Source: Elainellaceae cyanobacterium (GTDB taxonomy: Bacteria > Cyanobacteriota > Cyanobacteriia > CAZCXK01). Taken from it: a stretch of 64,000 nucleotides of DNA. Below are positions 51,435-62,584 of this stretch, piece after piece. Every line of letters begins with the position of its first letter. The first letter of the stretch is position 1. The stretch is taken from contig JBNPEG010000013.1 of assembly GCA_051117555.1 (NCBI GenBank), positions 22,454-86,453 of the forward strand. Reading direction: 5' to 3'. Under the pieces are notes generated by a model that did no database searches, had not been told where the DNA came from, and was given only the letters and a program-made list of their open reading frames with translations. Position numbers and translations under genes: made by a program.

Positions 51435-51887
51435 TCACTCAGCTTCCCGCTCCAGAAGCAGGGTTACAGGCCCGTCATTTTCGATAAACACTTGCATCAT
51501 GGCACCAAACTGCCCCGTCTCCACCCGTAACCCACTTGTTTGTCGCAGCATGTCGACGAATCGGTCATAGAGTGATTCTGCAAGGTGCGGAGGGCTTGCT
51601 TGGTCAAACGAGGGGCGTCGTCCTCTACGACAGTCACCATAAAGAGTGAATTGACTGATTACGAGTATCTCGGCGCCAATATCGCGAACTGAATACTCAA
51701 AGCGATCGCTCTCTTTGCTAGGAAAAATCCTCAAGTCCAAACATTTACGCACCATCCAATCAAGTTCAGCCTCGGTATCTGATGCAGCCACACCTACCAA
51801 AAGGTTTAATCCTCGTCCAATCTTGCCAACACAGGTACCCGCAACGGTGACTTGGGAGGAGGAAACTCGTTGAACAACTACGCGCAT
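51435..51887 (-). CDS. dtd: D-aminoacyl-tRNA deacylase
   Basis: MRVVVQRV N-terminus. SQFTLYGD and C-terminal GPVT motifs. Confidence 0.9.
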   Translation of the reverse strand: MRVVVQRVSSSQVTVAGTCVGKIGRGLNLLVGVAASDTEAELDWMVRKCLDLRIFPSKESDRFEYSVRDIGAEILVISQFTLYGDCRRGRRPSFDQASPPHLAESLYDRFVDMLRQTSGLRVETGQFGAMMQVFIENDGPVTLLLEREAE

Positions 51888-51918
51888 ACGAATTGTGGAG
51901 TACTACTCGACTTATGTC

Positions 51919-52734
51919 TTAAGAATTACGGCTCAGTGCGGTCATCATAGCGTGCTGACTAACCGCTTGATAGATTCCATCTAGATGTTGGCGAACGGTT
52001 TGTGCATCTGTTGCGGCGAGCGGCATCTTACCTAAAACATCCAAGATCGTTTGTCCGCCAGAGGGTGTGATGACCACCAGACTTGGATCAAGGGGGGCAG
52101 AATAGTCCCAAAAGTGATGGAGAGTCAGCGAATGTGGCACTGCGTCCTCGTCTGACGTAACAGGTTGGCTCTCTTCGGTTTCAAATGATTCGGAAGCTGA
52201 CGATGCCCCGCTTCGCTTTTGCCTTAGTGCATCCAAAATCTGGGCACGAGTTCGCCCCCGAAGTTGAAATAGCACAAAGGGATCCTCTCGGAAAAAGTCA
52301 CCGAGCTGATAATATACGGCGGCGATGTGTTTGCAAGGATTTTTGGGATCGGGACAGCTACATCGAGAATGAACATCTGACAAGGCAAATGGGAATAAGC
52401 TCACTCCATTTGAAGTAAAGACCTCTTCGATATCATCAGGCATTTCACCCGCCAAAAGCTTGGCAGAATATACAGCCTTCTGAGCCATCGTATCAATGAC
52501 AAAATCCCAATCTTCGTCGCTGAAGGGATCTATAGAAATCGAGAGAGTATAGGGCTCTGGAGCGGTTCCTTGAACTTTAGCTTGAACCTTTTCACCCTGA
52601 AAATCGATGCTGAGAATGTTGCCCTCTCTAGCGTAGATACGACCTCTTTCTAGCCGCTTCTTAAATCGGTAAGAGTTGAGCAAATCAACCCACCGCTGTA
52701 CCCACCATTCTTGATTTTCTAACTCGTAACTCAT
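51919..52734 (-). CDS. SWIM zinc-finger domain protein
   Basis: CSCPDPKNPCKHIAAV matches the SWIM CxCxnCxH signature. Confidence 0.75.
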   Translation of the reverse strand: MSYELENQEWWVQRWVDLLNSYRFKKRLERGRIYAREGNILSIDFQGEKVQAKVQGTAPEPYTLSISIDPFSDEDWDFVIDTMAQKAVYSAKLLAGEMPDDIEEVFTSNGVSLFPFALSDVHSRCSCPDPKNPCKHIAAVYYQLGDFFREDPFVLFQLRGRTRAQILDALRQKRSGASSASESFETEESQPVTSDEDAVPHSLTLHHFWDYSAPLDPSLVVITPSGGQTILDVLGKMPLAATDAQTVRQHLDGIYQAVSQHAMMTALSRNS

Positions 52735-53099
52735 CTACTACAGACCTGGGCTAACGTTTGTCCAGAGGTTCCAAGCGCATCAAGCGCATTTGTCTGAGCA
52801 GTTTGAAGCGTATCTCCCAATCCCCACGCCATTGACTGGTCGTTGTGAACAAGTGCTGCGCATTGGTTCTTAAACCAAATCCGAATATTGCAATCTGATT
52901 GACCGCATTGCCTGAGAGCTTCTCGTTCGGCGACGACTCTGCTGCCATAATCAAACGTTACGCCCCATGCCCCAGTTGTGGGAGACATGGCGATCGCCCC
53001 AAACCTATCTGCCGCTATCGCAGGAAACGCAGCAATACTGCTACCTAAGGTGATCAGCACCATTACAGCACTAAATCGGTTGTATCGCTTAAAATTCAT
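52731..53099 (-). CDS. Secreted DUF4189-domain protein
   Basis: Signal peptide. GAIAMSPTTGAWG...C...C...F.NQCAAL pattern. 4-nt overlap with the SWIM gene. Confidence 0.6.
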   Translation of the reverse strand: MNFKRYNRFSAVMVLITLGSSIAAFPAIAADRFGAIAMSPTTGAWGVTFDYGSRVVAEREALRQCGQSDCNIRIWFKNQCAALVHNDQSMAWGLGDTLQTAQTNALDALGTSGQTLAQVCSR

Positions 53100-53251
53100 T
53101 GGAATCTGGACTTCAACATATGTAAACAGGGAAAAACAGGGGAAAGGAATAGAGCGATCGCGCTCTTTAGCCGCCGCGCGCTGTCTTAACTACTACTCTA
53201 ACAAGAGGACTTCATTCATCTGTTCTGAGGTTCCTCAACCGTCTACTGATT

Positions 53252-54451
53252 CTATTCTGGTTTCTTAGACTTGCTTGACGAAGGATTGCCAGCGATCGAT
53301 TGCTCTGTTTTCGTCAAAATATCGGGAACTAAGATTTCGCTGAATCCAGCAGTAAAGGCGAGCACAATATACAAATATTTTTGAGGAGTGCCCGATTGAA
53401 TGCTGGGAAATGCCACAATATTGGTCTCAAACAGCGCCACAATGAAAATCGCAAATGCAGTGCCGATGATCGGCTTAAAAAATCCAGAGAAAAAGGGAGC
53501 CATCGATTTTGCCCGATTTTGAGCATCAACCGAGCGCAACCGCACCATGACGCTTACTACGCTGCCAATACTGCCAGAGACGACGACGAGAAAAAATCGC
53601 TGCACTTCTTCGCGGGTAAATAAGGGTTGTTCAGAACCAAGCCCCCCACCCCTGTCTGCCGGTTGAACCTCGATCCGACCGGAGGCTGAGGGAGCAGGCG
53701 TAATAATCCCTGACTGGGGAGATCCAGATTGCGGAGGTTGCCCCGAGGTGACCGTATTGTCCTCAATATCGTCGGTAGGACCCAAGGGCGATTCTTGAGC
53801 TTGCTGAGCTGCAAGGTCAAACCCTAGATCGAAGCCGAGGTTGAATCCAGCACTGTAGTCTTCTTCGATACGCGATCGCACAGAAACAAACAGCAGCGTC
53901 GCCATGACAGGGGTAATCACAAAGATGATAAAAAACCATGTCAGCCCCGATATGAGCTGGCTAGCAGGCGAGCCATTCGCACTCAAAATTGCCCAAAGAG
54001 GCGATCGATAATAGCGAATCTCCCCTGCAATGCTCTTCCGAATTTTGCGGGCTAGGAGCACATTGCCCGGCATCTCTTTGGGAGTTGAGAACCCCGGTAA
54101 TTTTCTCAGCCAACGACGAATGCCAGTTTCATACATCGGTTTTGCTGGCTCGCTGTCAATCCCATCCTTGGATTCGGGGTCTGCCATCAACAGAGAGGCG
54201 GCAAAACGCGCCATATGCAGCAGATCGATATTGTTAGTCAAATCAATATACGGCAGCAGCTCGAGCAGTACCCCGAGTTCTCGATAAACAGGCTCGCTTA
54301 GCCGCTTGGAGAAAATTTTGTCTTGAATAGTTTGGATGAGATCTTTGACTCCCTGACCAATTTGTTGATCAATATCATCGACCTCCATAGCAGAGTCTAG
54401 TGGGGCGTCTGAATTCGAGCGGTCTGAGTCATAGAGTGGCTGGTGGGTCAT
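53252..54451 (-). CDS. Hypothetical polytopic membrane protein
   Basis: 399 aa. Several TM segments. GFNLGFDLGFDL repeat. No known family. Confidence 0.5.
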   Translation of the reverse strand: MTHQPLYDSDRSNSDAPLDSAMEVDDIDQQIGQGVKDLIQTIQDKIFSKRLSEPVYRELGVLLELLPYIDLTNNIDLLHMARFAASLLMADPESKDGIDSEPAKPMYETGIRRWLRKLPGFSTPKEMPGNVLLARKIRKSIAGEIRYYRSPLWAILSANGSPASQLISGLTWFFIIFVITPVMATLLFVSVRSRIEEDYSAGFNLGFDLGFDLAAQQAQESPLGPTDDIEDNTVTSGQPPQSGSPQSGIITPAPSASGRIEVQPADRGGGLGSEQPLFTREEVQRFFLVVVSGSIGSVVSVMVRLRSVDAQNRAKSMAPFFSGFFKPIIGTAFAIFIVALFETNIVAFPSIQSGTPQKYLYIVLAFTAGFSEILVPDILTKTEQSIAGNPSSSKSKKPE

Positions 54452-54567
54452 AGTAGCCTGCCTCCCTCAGCGTACTGGTTGCTCTAAGGCTAATCCGTGG
54501 ATACACGGTGAAGATGGCTGGTTACGGATTTGGAAACCCAAAAATCTGATTTGTCAAGGCAGAAATT

Positions 54568-56379
54568 CTAGAAATTTTGCTGGACGTATTCTAGAATACC
54601 ACGGGCGATCGCCTGAGCCATGCGACTTTGAAACCCAGGATCGGCTAGTAGGGGAGCGTCTTGGCCTCCCGTGACGAATCCGGTTTCCAATAGCACTGCG
54701 GGCATAGATGTATTGCGAATGACATAAAATCGAGCCCGCCGAACACCGCGATCGGGGCGTCCGGTCAGTTGCACCATGTTGCGGTGAATAATCTGCGCCA
54801 TGCGATACCCCCGATCGGAATAGTAATAGGTTTCGATGCCATTGACATCAGGGCGGCTCAAATTAATCGCATTGGCATGAATACTGATAAAAATATCTGC
54901 ATTCACCCGCTCAGCGATTTGCACGCGAGGTTCTAAGTCAAGATCGCGATCGTCTTGGCGCGTCATGACAACTGACATCCCCTGCTGCTGAAGGATTTGC
55001 ACGACTTGCCGTGAAATGGGTAAGACTACATCTTTTTCTCGCAAGCCACCAATGCCAACCGCTCCTGGATCAGGCCCCCCATGCCCTGGATCAATGACAA
55101 TCACCACTTGACTATTCGGTATCGTGGAGGGCACAGTAGGCAGCGTGACCGGATTTCCAGGCGAATAGACAGGCGGCGTTGGCGTAACGGGAACCGATTG
55201 CTGAAGCGGCAGCGCCAGGAGTTGCTGACTCGGTTGGCTAATTTCGCCAATCTGCGCCCTCGCCGCAGGCTGTAGCGAAATAATGACCGTATCGTTTTCT
55301 TCCTGGCGCAATCGCACTCGCAAAAGGGGGCTATTTGCACCAAGGCGTGGATCCGCAATCTGGTCTGCTAAGCGAGCATTAGGAATTGTAATTTGATAAT
55401 CTGTTGTAGCTCGATCCCAACCGCCGGTAAAGGTCTCTATAGGGCGATCGGCTCGAATTAAAAGCTGAGTTCCGCCGTTTGCCAACTCGATGGACTGAAT
55501 CGTTGCGGGTTGTTGAACTGGCTCAGCGGCTGTGCGAGGAATCTGGAGAGAACTGGGAGGGCGATTTTGGATTGGTTCTCCTCCTTGAGGAATTACGACA
55601 ACCCCGCCAAACGTGCTCACCGTAGCCTGTAGATCTACCTCTCGATCTGCCAAGTCCAGCGTTACCCTAGCCCGTGGGGGCGACTCGTCTTCTTGACTCA
55701 GCTCAATACGATTGACTCCAAAGCTATCGAGGTTCAGCTCTCGCTGAGCGAGTTGGCTGGACAACGCCGTATCTTCAAAATCAATCGTGACTTGTTCTTG
55801 TCGGCGGTTCCGCTCAACCTCGATCTCAGGCGTTGCGCCGCTCGTCCGCACAAAAATACCATCTGGCGTAACCCGGATACCCTCTAAAACCGTTGCTGCT
55901 CCGGGTACGATCGGTGATGTGTCTCCCGATGTAACCATTGCTAGAGGTGAAGACTCGTCTGTTTCTGCTACTGATTCATCAAGCGGCTGAGGATCTGGAA
56001 TTTCGACCACCCACTGAGTTGGAGTCGCGCCACGCACCCGGACTTGCTGCGGATCAATGGTATAGCCTTCATTAAGCTCAACCACAATTCGAGTCGTTTG
56101 CGCATCAAATTGTCCTACGCGGACTTCTCGAATCGCCCCTTCTCCGGCTTGATTCACCAATGGCTGACCAAAACTCGTTCCGGGCAGGTCAATCACCAAG
56201 CGCGTTGGATTGGGAATGAGTTGGGCTCTAGGTTGGACGGCGGTATCGGTCGTAAAAATCAGGCGATTTTCATCCGCATTGAAACGCCAAAATTGCAATC
56301 GTGCTGCCTCAGCAGGAGAGGACAACAGCAAAACGCCTATAACACCCAATAAACTTGGGAAAATCCCGTGCAATCTCAC
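54568..56379 (-). CDS. amiC: N-acetylmuramoyl-L-alanine amidase (AmiC-like) with N-terminal AMIN domains
   Basis: Signal peptide. AMIN-like ARLQFWRFNADENRLIFTTD. C-terminal Amidase_3 (IDPGHGG...SIHANA). Confidence 0.85.
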   Translation of the reverse strand: MRLHGIFPSLLGVIGVLLLSSPAEAARLQFWRFNADENRLIFTTDTAVQPRAQLIPNPTRLVIDLPGTSFGQPLVNQAGEGAIREVRVGQFDAQTTRIVVELNEGYTIDPQQVRVRGATPTQWVVEIPDPQPLDESVAETDESSPLAMVTSGDTSPIVPGAATVLEGIRVTPDGIFVRTSGATPEIEVERNRRQEQVTIDFEDTALSSQLAQRELNLDSFGVNRIELSQEDESPPRARVTLDLADREVDLQATVSTFGGVVVIPQGGEPIQNRPPSSLQIPRTAAEPVQQPATIQSIELANGGTQLLIRADRPIETFTGGWDRATTDYQITIPNARLADQIADPRLGANSPLLRVRLRQEENDTVIISLQPAARAQIGEISQPSQQLLALPLQQSVPVTPTPPVYSPGNPVTLPTVPSTIPNSQVVIVIDPGHGGPDPGAVGIGGLREKDVVLPISRQVVQILQQQGMSVVMTRQDDRDLDLEPRVQIAERVNADIFISIHANAINLSRPDVNGIETYYYSDRGYRMAQIIHRNMVQLTGRPDRGVRRARFYVIRNTSMPAVLLETGFVTGGQDAPLLADPGFQSRMAQAIARGILEYVQQNF

Positions 56380-56760
56380 AGTTACGGCTTCTCCTTACGG
56401 TTTCTGGAACGTCACTGCCCTGAACAGCACAAAACTGGGAGTTCGCAGTGCAAATGCAGGTCAGTCAACTTTGGCGACATAAAATGTGTGTGAATGTTAG
56501 ACCCGCTTCATAGACGAGATGATTTTACTTCGTAGCTCAATATACACTAGCCGAAAAACGTATCTCAGAAGTTTTTTCAAAATTGTTTGAATAGCTCTCC
56601 CAATCTCGACAGAATCTCAATAGAATCTCAGCGGACAACGTAGAATTGGGCTGGGCTTCAGCATTCAGACACATCTTTCTATGACTAAACGCAACGACCA
56701 GGATCGTTTGTCAACTCTGGTTAGGTTCGCATGTTTCTCTTAGGATGATGAATAGTCGTT

Positions 56761-57921
56761 TTGGAGCTTCATCCAAGGATTAGTCTGCCTGTGACTAAAT
56801 CGAGCGCATCAACGCCCCCGCAAGAGTCTCTATCTCGCACACCCCTTTATCCGCTTCACATCGAACTGCAAGCCCGAATGACTCCATTTTCAGGGTGGGA
56901 AATGCCTGTGCAGTATAGCGGAATCCGTCCTGAGCATGACGCAGTTCGGCAAACGGCGGGCATGTTTGATATTTCTCACATGGGCAAATTCTATCTGGTA
57001 GGCAAGGCGGCCATCGATCAGCTTCAGATTCTTGTTCCGTCTGATTTGAGCCGTTTAACGCCCGGCGAGGCTCAATATACGGTTTTAGCAAACTCAGACG
57101 GTGGCATCATCGATGATTTGATCATCTACTATCAGGGCAAAAGCGCCACAGGCGAGCAAACGGTGATGGTGATTGTCAATGCGGCGACCACTGAGAAAGA
57201 CCGAGACTGGATGCTGAGTCATCTGGATAGAGATCAGATTGAATTTCAAGACCTGTCATCTCGGAAAGTGTTGATTGCAGTCCAAGGGCCTGAGGCGGTT
57301 GCCAAATTGCAATCTCTGGTGGACGAAGATTTATCAACCGTTGGGCGCTTTGGGCATTTAGAGGGAACTGTGCTCGGTCGGCCTGCATTTCTGGCTCGAA
57401 CTGGATATACCGGGGAAGACGGCTTCGAGGTGATGGTTGATCCGGAGGTAGGACAAGACCTTTGGCGATCGCTCCTGTCGGCTAGCGTAACCCCGTGTGG
57501 GCTGGGTGCACGAGATACCTTGCGGTTAGAAGCAGCCATGGCGCTTTATGGACAAGACATTGACGATACAATCACTCCCATCGAAGCGGGGCTAAGCTGG
57601 CTGGTGCATCTCGACAACAAAGGAGACTTTATCGGGCGTTCGGTGATTGAGCGGCACAAGAAAGAAGGCCCACCACGCCGACTGGTGGGGCTCCAAATGC
57701 AAGGGCGCAACATTGCTCGTCATGGATATCCGGTGGTGTATGGGGGCGATCGCCTTGGTGAGGTCACGAGCGGCACGCTCTCTCCAACCTTGGGATACCC
57801 GATCGCGCTAGCCTATGTTCCGACAGAGCTATCTAGCGTTGGGCAAGAGCTCGGGGTTGAAATTCGCGGCAAAACGCATCCATGTAAGGTGGTTAAGCGG
57901 CCATTCTATCGGAGAGCGTGA
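56761..57921 (+). CDS. gcvT: Glycine cleavage system T protein (aminomethyltransferase)
   Basis: [23 protein letters not shown] and FDISHMGKF blocks. The first ~25 aa of the ORF may be 5' of the true start. Confidence 0.9.
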   Translation: MELHPRISLPVTKSSASTPPQESLSRTPLYPLHIELQARMTPFSGWEMPVQYSGIRPEHDAVRQTAGMFDISHMGKFYLVGKAAIDQLQILVPSDLSRLTPGEAQYTVLANSDGGIIDDLIIYYQGKSATGEQTVMVIVNAATTEKDRDWMLSHLDRDQIEFQDLSSRKVLIAVQGPEAVAKLQSLVDEDLSTVGRFGHLEGTVLGRPAFLARTGYTGEDGFEVMVDPEVGQDLWRSLLSASVTPCGLGARDTLRLEAAMALYGQDIDDTITPIEAGLSWLVHLDNKGDFIGRSVIERHKKEGPPRRLVGLQMQGRNIARHGYPVVYGGDRLGEVTSGTLSPTLGYPIALAYVPTELSSVGQELGVEIRGKTHPCKVVKRPFYRRA

Positions 57922-58045
57922 AAAACAGACCATCAACTTCCATCAATCTTTAAGATATAGCAATTTGCAATTGCGTCAATTACAGAAATGGTGGTGTGAG
58001 ACGCGCCGCGCCCCACACCACCGTGCTTAGCTCAAGCGCATACCG

Positions 58046-58993
58046 CTATATTTCAGCAGGAAATCCGGCAATTTCAGTGACCGTATAAAGCGGGCGAGCT
58101 TTCACTTCTTCATAGATACGCCCGATATATTCGCCTAAAATGCCGATACAAATGAGCTGGACTGCCCCAAAAAAGAGAATTGCCATGATGATTGTGGCAT
58201 AGCCCGTCAATGGCGAGTTGGGTTGAAGAAAGCGCCAATAGACAACTAGCACCATCATCAAGAGAGCAACGGCTGCTGAAAATAAGCCGATATACGTTGC
58301 AATGCGCAGCGGAATTTTTGAAAAGGAAACCAAGCTATCGATCGCCAGCGCAAGGGATTTGCCAAACGTATATTTAACGGGTCCGGCGTATCGAGGCGAA
58401 CGATTATAGCGCACGGCTGTTTGTCGAAAGCCAATCCAGGCGCGTAATCCTCGAATATATCGATTGCGTTCAGGCATCGCGTTTAGTGCATCCACGACCC
58501 GCCGATCCATGAGACAAAAATCTCCGGTGTCCGTAGGAATGTCTACATCAGCGAGTCGCTGGAGGAGGCGATAAAACAAATGAGCGGTGAGACGTTTGAA
58601 CCAATTCTCCCGCTGCCGAGTAGTCCGCTGAGCATACACAACCTGATATCCGTTTTGCCACTGATGCAGCATATCTGGAATTAGCTCTGGAGGATCTTGC
58701 AAGTCGGCATCTAGAACGACCACAATCTGACCCCGTGCAAAATTAAGTCCAGCCGTGACAGCCGTTTGATGACCGAAGTTGCGGGCAAAATTGAGATAGC
58801 AAACCCTGGAATCGTGGTGTCTCAATTCTCGAATAATGAGCAAGGAGCGATCGCCACTGCCGTCGTTAACGAAGATAAATTCAGCGATTCCCTCTAATCG
58901 ATTGATGACATCGCAAAGCCGTCGATAGAGTTCGTGCAATGAGTCTTCTTCGTTATAGACCGGGATCACGAGAGAATAGCTCACCTCACTCAT
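58046..58993 (-). CDS. GT2-family polyprenyl-phosphate glycosyltransferase (DPM1/ArnC-like)
   Basis: [10 protein letters not shown]...VNDGSGD. DAD motif. C-terminal TM helices. Confidence 0.8.
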   Translation of the reverse strand: MSEVSYSLVIPVYNEEDSLHELYRRLCDVINRLEGIAEFIFVNDGSGDRSLLIIRELRHHDSRVCYLNFARNFGHQTAVTAGLNFARGQIVVVLDADLQDPPELIPDMLHQWQNGYQVVYAQRTTRQRENWFKRLTAHLFYRLLQRLADVDIPTDTGDFCLMDRRVVDALNAMPERNRYIRGLRAWIGFRQTAVRYNRSPRYAGPVKYTFGKSLALAIDSLVSFSKIPLRIATYIGLFSAAVALLMMVLVVYWRFLQPNSPLTGYATIIMAILFFGAVQLICIGILGEYIGRIYEEVKARPLYTVTEIAGFPAEI

Positions 58994-60762
58994 GGATGGG
59001 GCCCCGCGACATTGTGCCAGCGGGTCAGTAAGGGAGCTGCATTCAGCAATGTTTGAGTATACGGGTGTTGAGGATTCGAGAAAATTTCATCGGTAGTTCC
59101 GTATTCAACAATTTGACCCGCTTGCATCACTGCAATGCGATCGCAAAAGTATCGGGCAACCCAAAGATCGTGGGTGATAAACAAATAGGTCAGGTCGAAC
59201 TCTTGCTTTAGCTCTAGCATGAGTTCTAACACTTGACTCTGAATGCTGGCATCGAGCATGCTCACGGGTTCATCGCAGATAAGCAATTTAGGTCGAGTGA
59301 TGAGCGCCCGGGCGATCGCCACTCGCTGCTGCTGCCCGCCGGAAAGCTCATTTGGATAGCGATGATAAAACTCATCCGGTGGCGTCAACCCAACTCGCTC
59401 TAGCATGGCGTTCACGTGGGCAGCGATGTTGTCTCCGTGTGCCAACTGATGAATCAGCAATGGACTGGCAATGCCTTGTCCCACAGTCATGAGTGGATTT
59501 AAGCAGGCATGGGGATCTTGAAAAATCATCTGCATCTGCCGACGCTGTCGCCGCATTTCATCTGGCGATAACGCTGTTAGGTCTTGTTGGAGAAACTCGA
59601 CGGTGCCTGATGTGGGGTGTACGAGCCGCAAAATTGTCCGCGATAATGTGCTTTTCCCACAGCCCGACTCACCCACCAAGCCCAAAATCTCACCCGGAAA
59701 AATATCAAGGCTGACATCATCGACGGCTTTAATTGTGCGATCGCTCGTCTGTGAAAAGAGCCGAGCGATAAAATTTTGCTCTAAGGTGTAATGCTGCTTG
59801 AGATGGCGAATGCTCAGAAGCGGTGGAGAAGACGATGAAATGGATGAATTAGCTGAGCGAATTTGAGGTGACGATGGGGCGATCGCTCCATCACGCGCTC
59901 TGCTGCCTTCTCTGCCCTCGCTGCCGCTTTCTCCGCGTTGGAGGTGTAGTGCGGCGGATAACAGCGATTGGGTATAGGAATGTTGGGGGTTGGTGAGGAC
60001 AGACTCGACCGTTCCAGTTTCAACGATCTTACCGTCATACATGACAGCAATGCGATCGCAATATTCGCCGACGAGCGTCAAATCATGGGAGATTAACATC
60101 AACGCCATCTGACGCTCCCGGCAGAGGCGGGTCAGTTCCTTTAAAATCTGTGCCGAAACCGTGACATCTAAGCTAGTCGTGGGCTCGTCTGCAACAATCA
60201 ACTTTGGATTTAGAAGTAACGCTAGGGCGATCGCCACGCGCTGCCGCATCCCTCCGCTAAACTCGTGAGGATATTGTCCCCACCGACTTGCCGGAATATT
60301 CACAGCATCTAAAATCTCAATGCCACGCTGCCTGGCATCTTGGCGAGAAAGGTGAGGGTCATGAGCGAGCAGAGTCTCAATGCAGTGGTTGCCAATGGTC
60401 ATCAGCGGGTCGAGGCGCGTCATTGGGTCTTGAAAAATAAGGGCGATCGCTTCTCCGCGAAATGTGCGGAGCGCATCAGCCGATAGATCAAAAACCGATT
60501 GCCCCTTAAATAAAACCGTTCCCTCAATGTGAGTGGATGACGGCAATAGTCGCATCGCAGCGCGTCCGAGCGTGGATTTTCCGCAGCCTGATTCTCCAAC
60601 TAATCCAAGCCTTTCTCCAGGCATCAGAGTTAGCGAGACATCATCGACTGCCCAAGTCTGAGGTGACGCAGCGACTGACTGCTTAGCAGATGACAGATTT
60701 TGAGGACTCGTTTGCGGATAAGCGACCCGAACGTGTTCGATGCAAAAGAGAGCATTGCTCAT
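58990..60762 (-). CDS. ABC transporter ATP-binding protein with two fused ATPase domains (Dpp/Opp D+F type)
   Basis: 590 aa. Two Walker A (GESGCGKST x2). Two LSGG signatures. Opp/Dpp C-terminal oligopeptide-ABC extension. 4-nt overlap with the GT2 gene. Confidence 0.85.
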   Translation of the reverse strand: MSNALFCIEHVRVAYPQTSPQNLSSAKQSVAASPQTWAVDDVSLTLMPGERLGLVGESGCGKSTLGRAAMRLLPSSTHIEGTVLFKGQSVFDLSADALRTFRGEAIALIFQDPMTRLDPLMTIGNHCIETLLAHDPHLSRQDARQRGIEILDAVNIPASRWGQYPHEFSGGMRQRVAIALALLLNPKLIVADEPTTSLDVTVSAQILKELTRLCRERQMALMLISHDLTLVGEYCDRIAVMYDGKIVETGTVESVLTNPQHSYTQSLLSAALHLQRGESGSEGREGSRARDGAIAPSSPQIRSANSSISSSSPPLLSIRHLKQHYTLEQNFIARLFSQTSDRTIKAVDDVSLDIFPGEILGLVGESGCGKSTLSRTILRLVHPTSGTVEFLQQDLTALSPDEMRRQRRQMQMIFQDPHACLNPLMTVGQGIASPLLIHQLAHGDNIAAHVNAMLERVGLTPPDEFYHRYPNELSGGQQQRVAIARALITRPKLLICDEPVSMLDASIQSQVLELMLELKQEFDLTYLFITHDLWVARYFCDRIAVMQAGQIVEYGTTDEIFSNPQHPYTQTLLNAAPLLTRWHNVAGPHP

Positions 60763-60984
60763 GAAGATCCAGGTTTTAAACCTGCACTAGCACGGCTATC
60801 GACGGTGTGTCGCTCTATTATATGGGGTCAGTTTACAGAAGAGAATCCATACTCTGCTCATATCCAGTTTTAGCTAGCAAATTATCCTGATGAGCCGCGT
60901 TTTGGCTGAAAAATTAGGCAACTGAGGGTAGATAGATCAAATCAATCCTGTCTCCCAATTGCCATGCTTGGCTAAGACACATTC

Positions 60985-62388
60985 ATGAAGTCTAAACGTC
61001 GCGTTTCCCTGATTCCCCTTTTGTCTTCGCTTTTAATTGCAGCACTTGCCGCTGATTTGCAAGTGAGAACGAGAGGAAAGGGCCTATTCATCCTGCTCTG
61101 CACCGCAATTATGATGGGCGGGATCTTTGTTGTTTCGCCCCATCCGTCTCTATCACAGCCTGCGCAGCCTGAGACAGCGACTCCTTCACAAGAGTCAATC
61201 ATGTTGGGTTTTCTAGACGAACATCCCTATGAACTCCAGCATTGGATTGAAGATGTTGTTCAGGAAAGCAGCGCTATTCAGAATTCATTTCAGTCTAAAC
61301 TCGACCAACGATTTGGACTAACTCTCGATTTGCTGAAAGTTCTCAGTGCTGAGCTAATCATTATTTTGCCAGCCATTATTGGGCTATTGGCGCTTCTGTT
61401 TTATCGCAATGGTAAAAAGATTGCAGATGACGTCACCCATCAACTCCATGATGAAGAACAACGGATTGAGCAAAAATTAACTGATTTGCAAGATCAATCG
61501 TCTCAATTAAAGCGTGATTTAGAGCAACTCCAAATTGAAATATTTCATCGCTCATCCGATTATCCCTATCCACTGACGCTAGAAGGTTTAGGAAATCAGC
61601 GCGTCATTCAAAATTTTTCCCGTTTTAGTGCCCCTCGACCTGCCCTCGAATCGGGACGTAGCCGCGAATCTGAATCGCTTTCCTCTAGCTTGGATCAAGA
61701 TGTCGTGGCGCTGAGCTGCCCGATCGAGGTTACGACTGAGACGCTAACCGATAAATCAGATAGTGTTGTTCAAGACCCAGCACCCAGTACCGAATTGCCT
61801 GAGTGGTCGAGTCCTGAGGTATTGGAACAGGATGAATCAGCAGAATGTTTGGATTACCCGGCATCCATGGAGGCTGAACCTGAGACTAAATTGCTGGGTT
61901 CCTGCAATTCAGATGCATTAACTGAGGCCGAAAATTCTGATTTTGACGATTCGCACGAGTTGGCAAATGATGATTCTGCGGAGCCTCCTGATGTAAATTC
62001 AATGCCTGACGATATTCTGTCTGAACTCGTCGAGGCGGATGTGGTGACGGGGCATGAAGAATCAGTCGAAGCCTATATGAAACGGGGTAATGCATCGTTT
62101 CTGCGATATCAGTATCGGGAAGCGATTGCGTGGTACGAACGGGCGATCGCCATTTCTCCCGACCATTATTTAGCCTGGTTTGGCAAGGGGTTTGCACTTG
62201 CCCAATTGCATCAGTATCAGCAGGCACTTGCAGCCTATGATCGCGTTATTCAGAACCGGGAAGATTATCACTTAGCCTGGTATAACCGGGGCAAGGTTCT
62301 CGAAGAACTCCAGCAATTCGGAGAAGCACTTGCCTCGTATAATCGAGCCCTTGAATTGAAGCCGAACTGCTTAGATGCTCCGCTATAG
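60985..62388 (+). CDS. TPR-repeat protein with N-terminal signal/TM, coiled coil and acidic linker
   Basis: C-terminal 34-aa TPR units (AWFGKGFALAQL..., AWYNRGKVLEEL...). Confidence 0.7.
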   Translation: MKSKRRVSLIPLLSSLLIAALAADLQVRTRGKGLFILLCTAIMMGGIFVVSPHPSLSQPAQPETATPSQESIMLGFLDEHPYELQHWIEDVVQESSAIQNSFQSKLDQRFGLTLDLLKVLSAELIIILPAIIGLLALLFYRNGKKIADDVTHQLHDEEQRIEQKLTDLQDQSSQLKRDLEQLQIEIFHRSSDYPYPLTLEGLGNQRVIQNFSRFSAPRPALESGRSRESESLSSSLDQDVVALSCPIEVTTETLTDKSDSVVQDPAPSTELPEWSSPEVLEQDESAECLDYPASMEAEPETKLLGSCNSDALTEAENSDFDDSHELANDDSAEPPDVNSMPDDILSELVEADVVTGHEESVEAYMKRGNASFLRYQYREAIAWYERAIAISPDHYLAWFGKGFALAQLHQYQQALAAYDRVIQNREDYHLAWYNRGKVLEELQQFGEALASYNRALELKPNCLDAPL

Positions 62389-62584
62389 AGCATCCCCATA
62401 AGCATAGCTACGTTTCTTTGCTGAACACCCTAAAGAAGAATGTCTCTAAATCAAAGAATTTCAAATCCCCGGCATCTTTGAGATTCCGGGGACTTAGGGG
62501 ATCTATAAAGAAGAAACCAATCGTGTTTCAGCGCTATTCTATAAACACCCTATAAACCCAGGGTGTTTACGAATGGGCAAGCCG

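Noticed and set aside
56380-56760. Possible glycine riboswitch upstream of gcvT
   Set aside because: No tandem aptamer with GGAGAG...ACCGAAGG cores could be found. The region is AT-rich without the conserved motifs.
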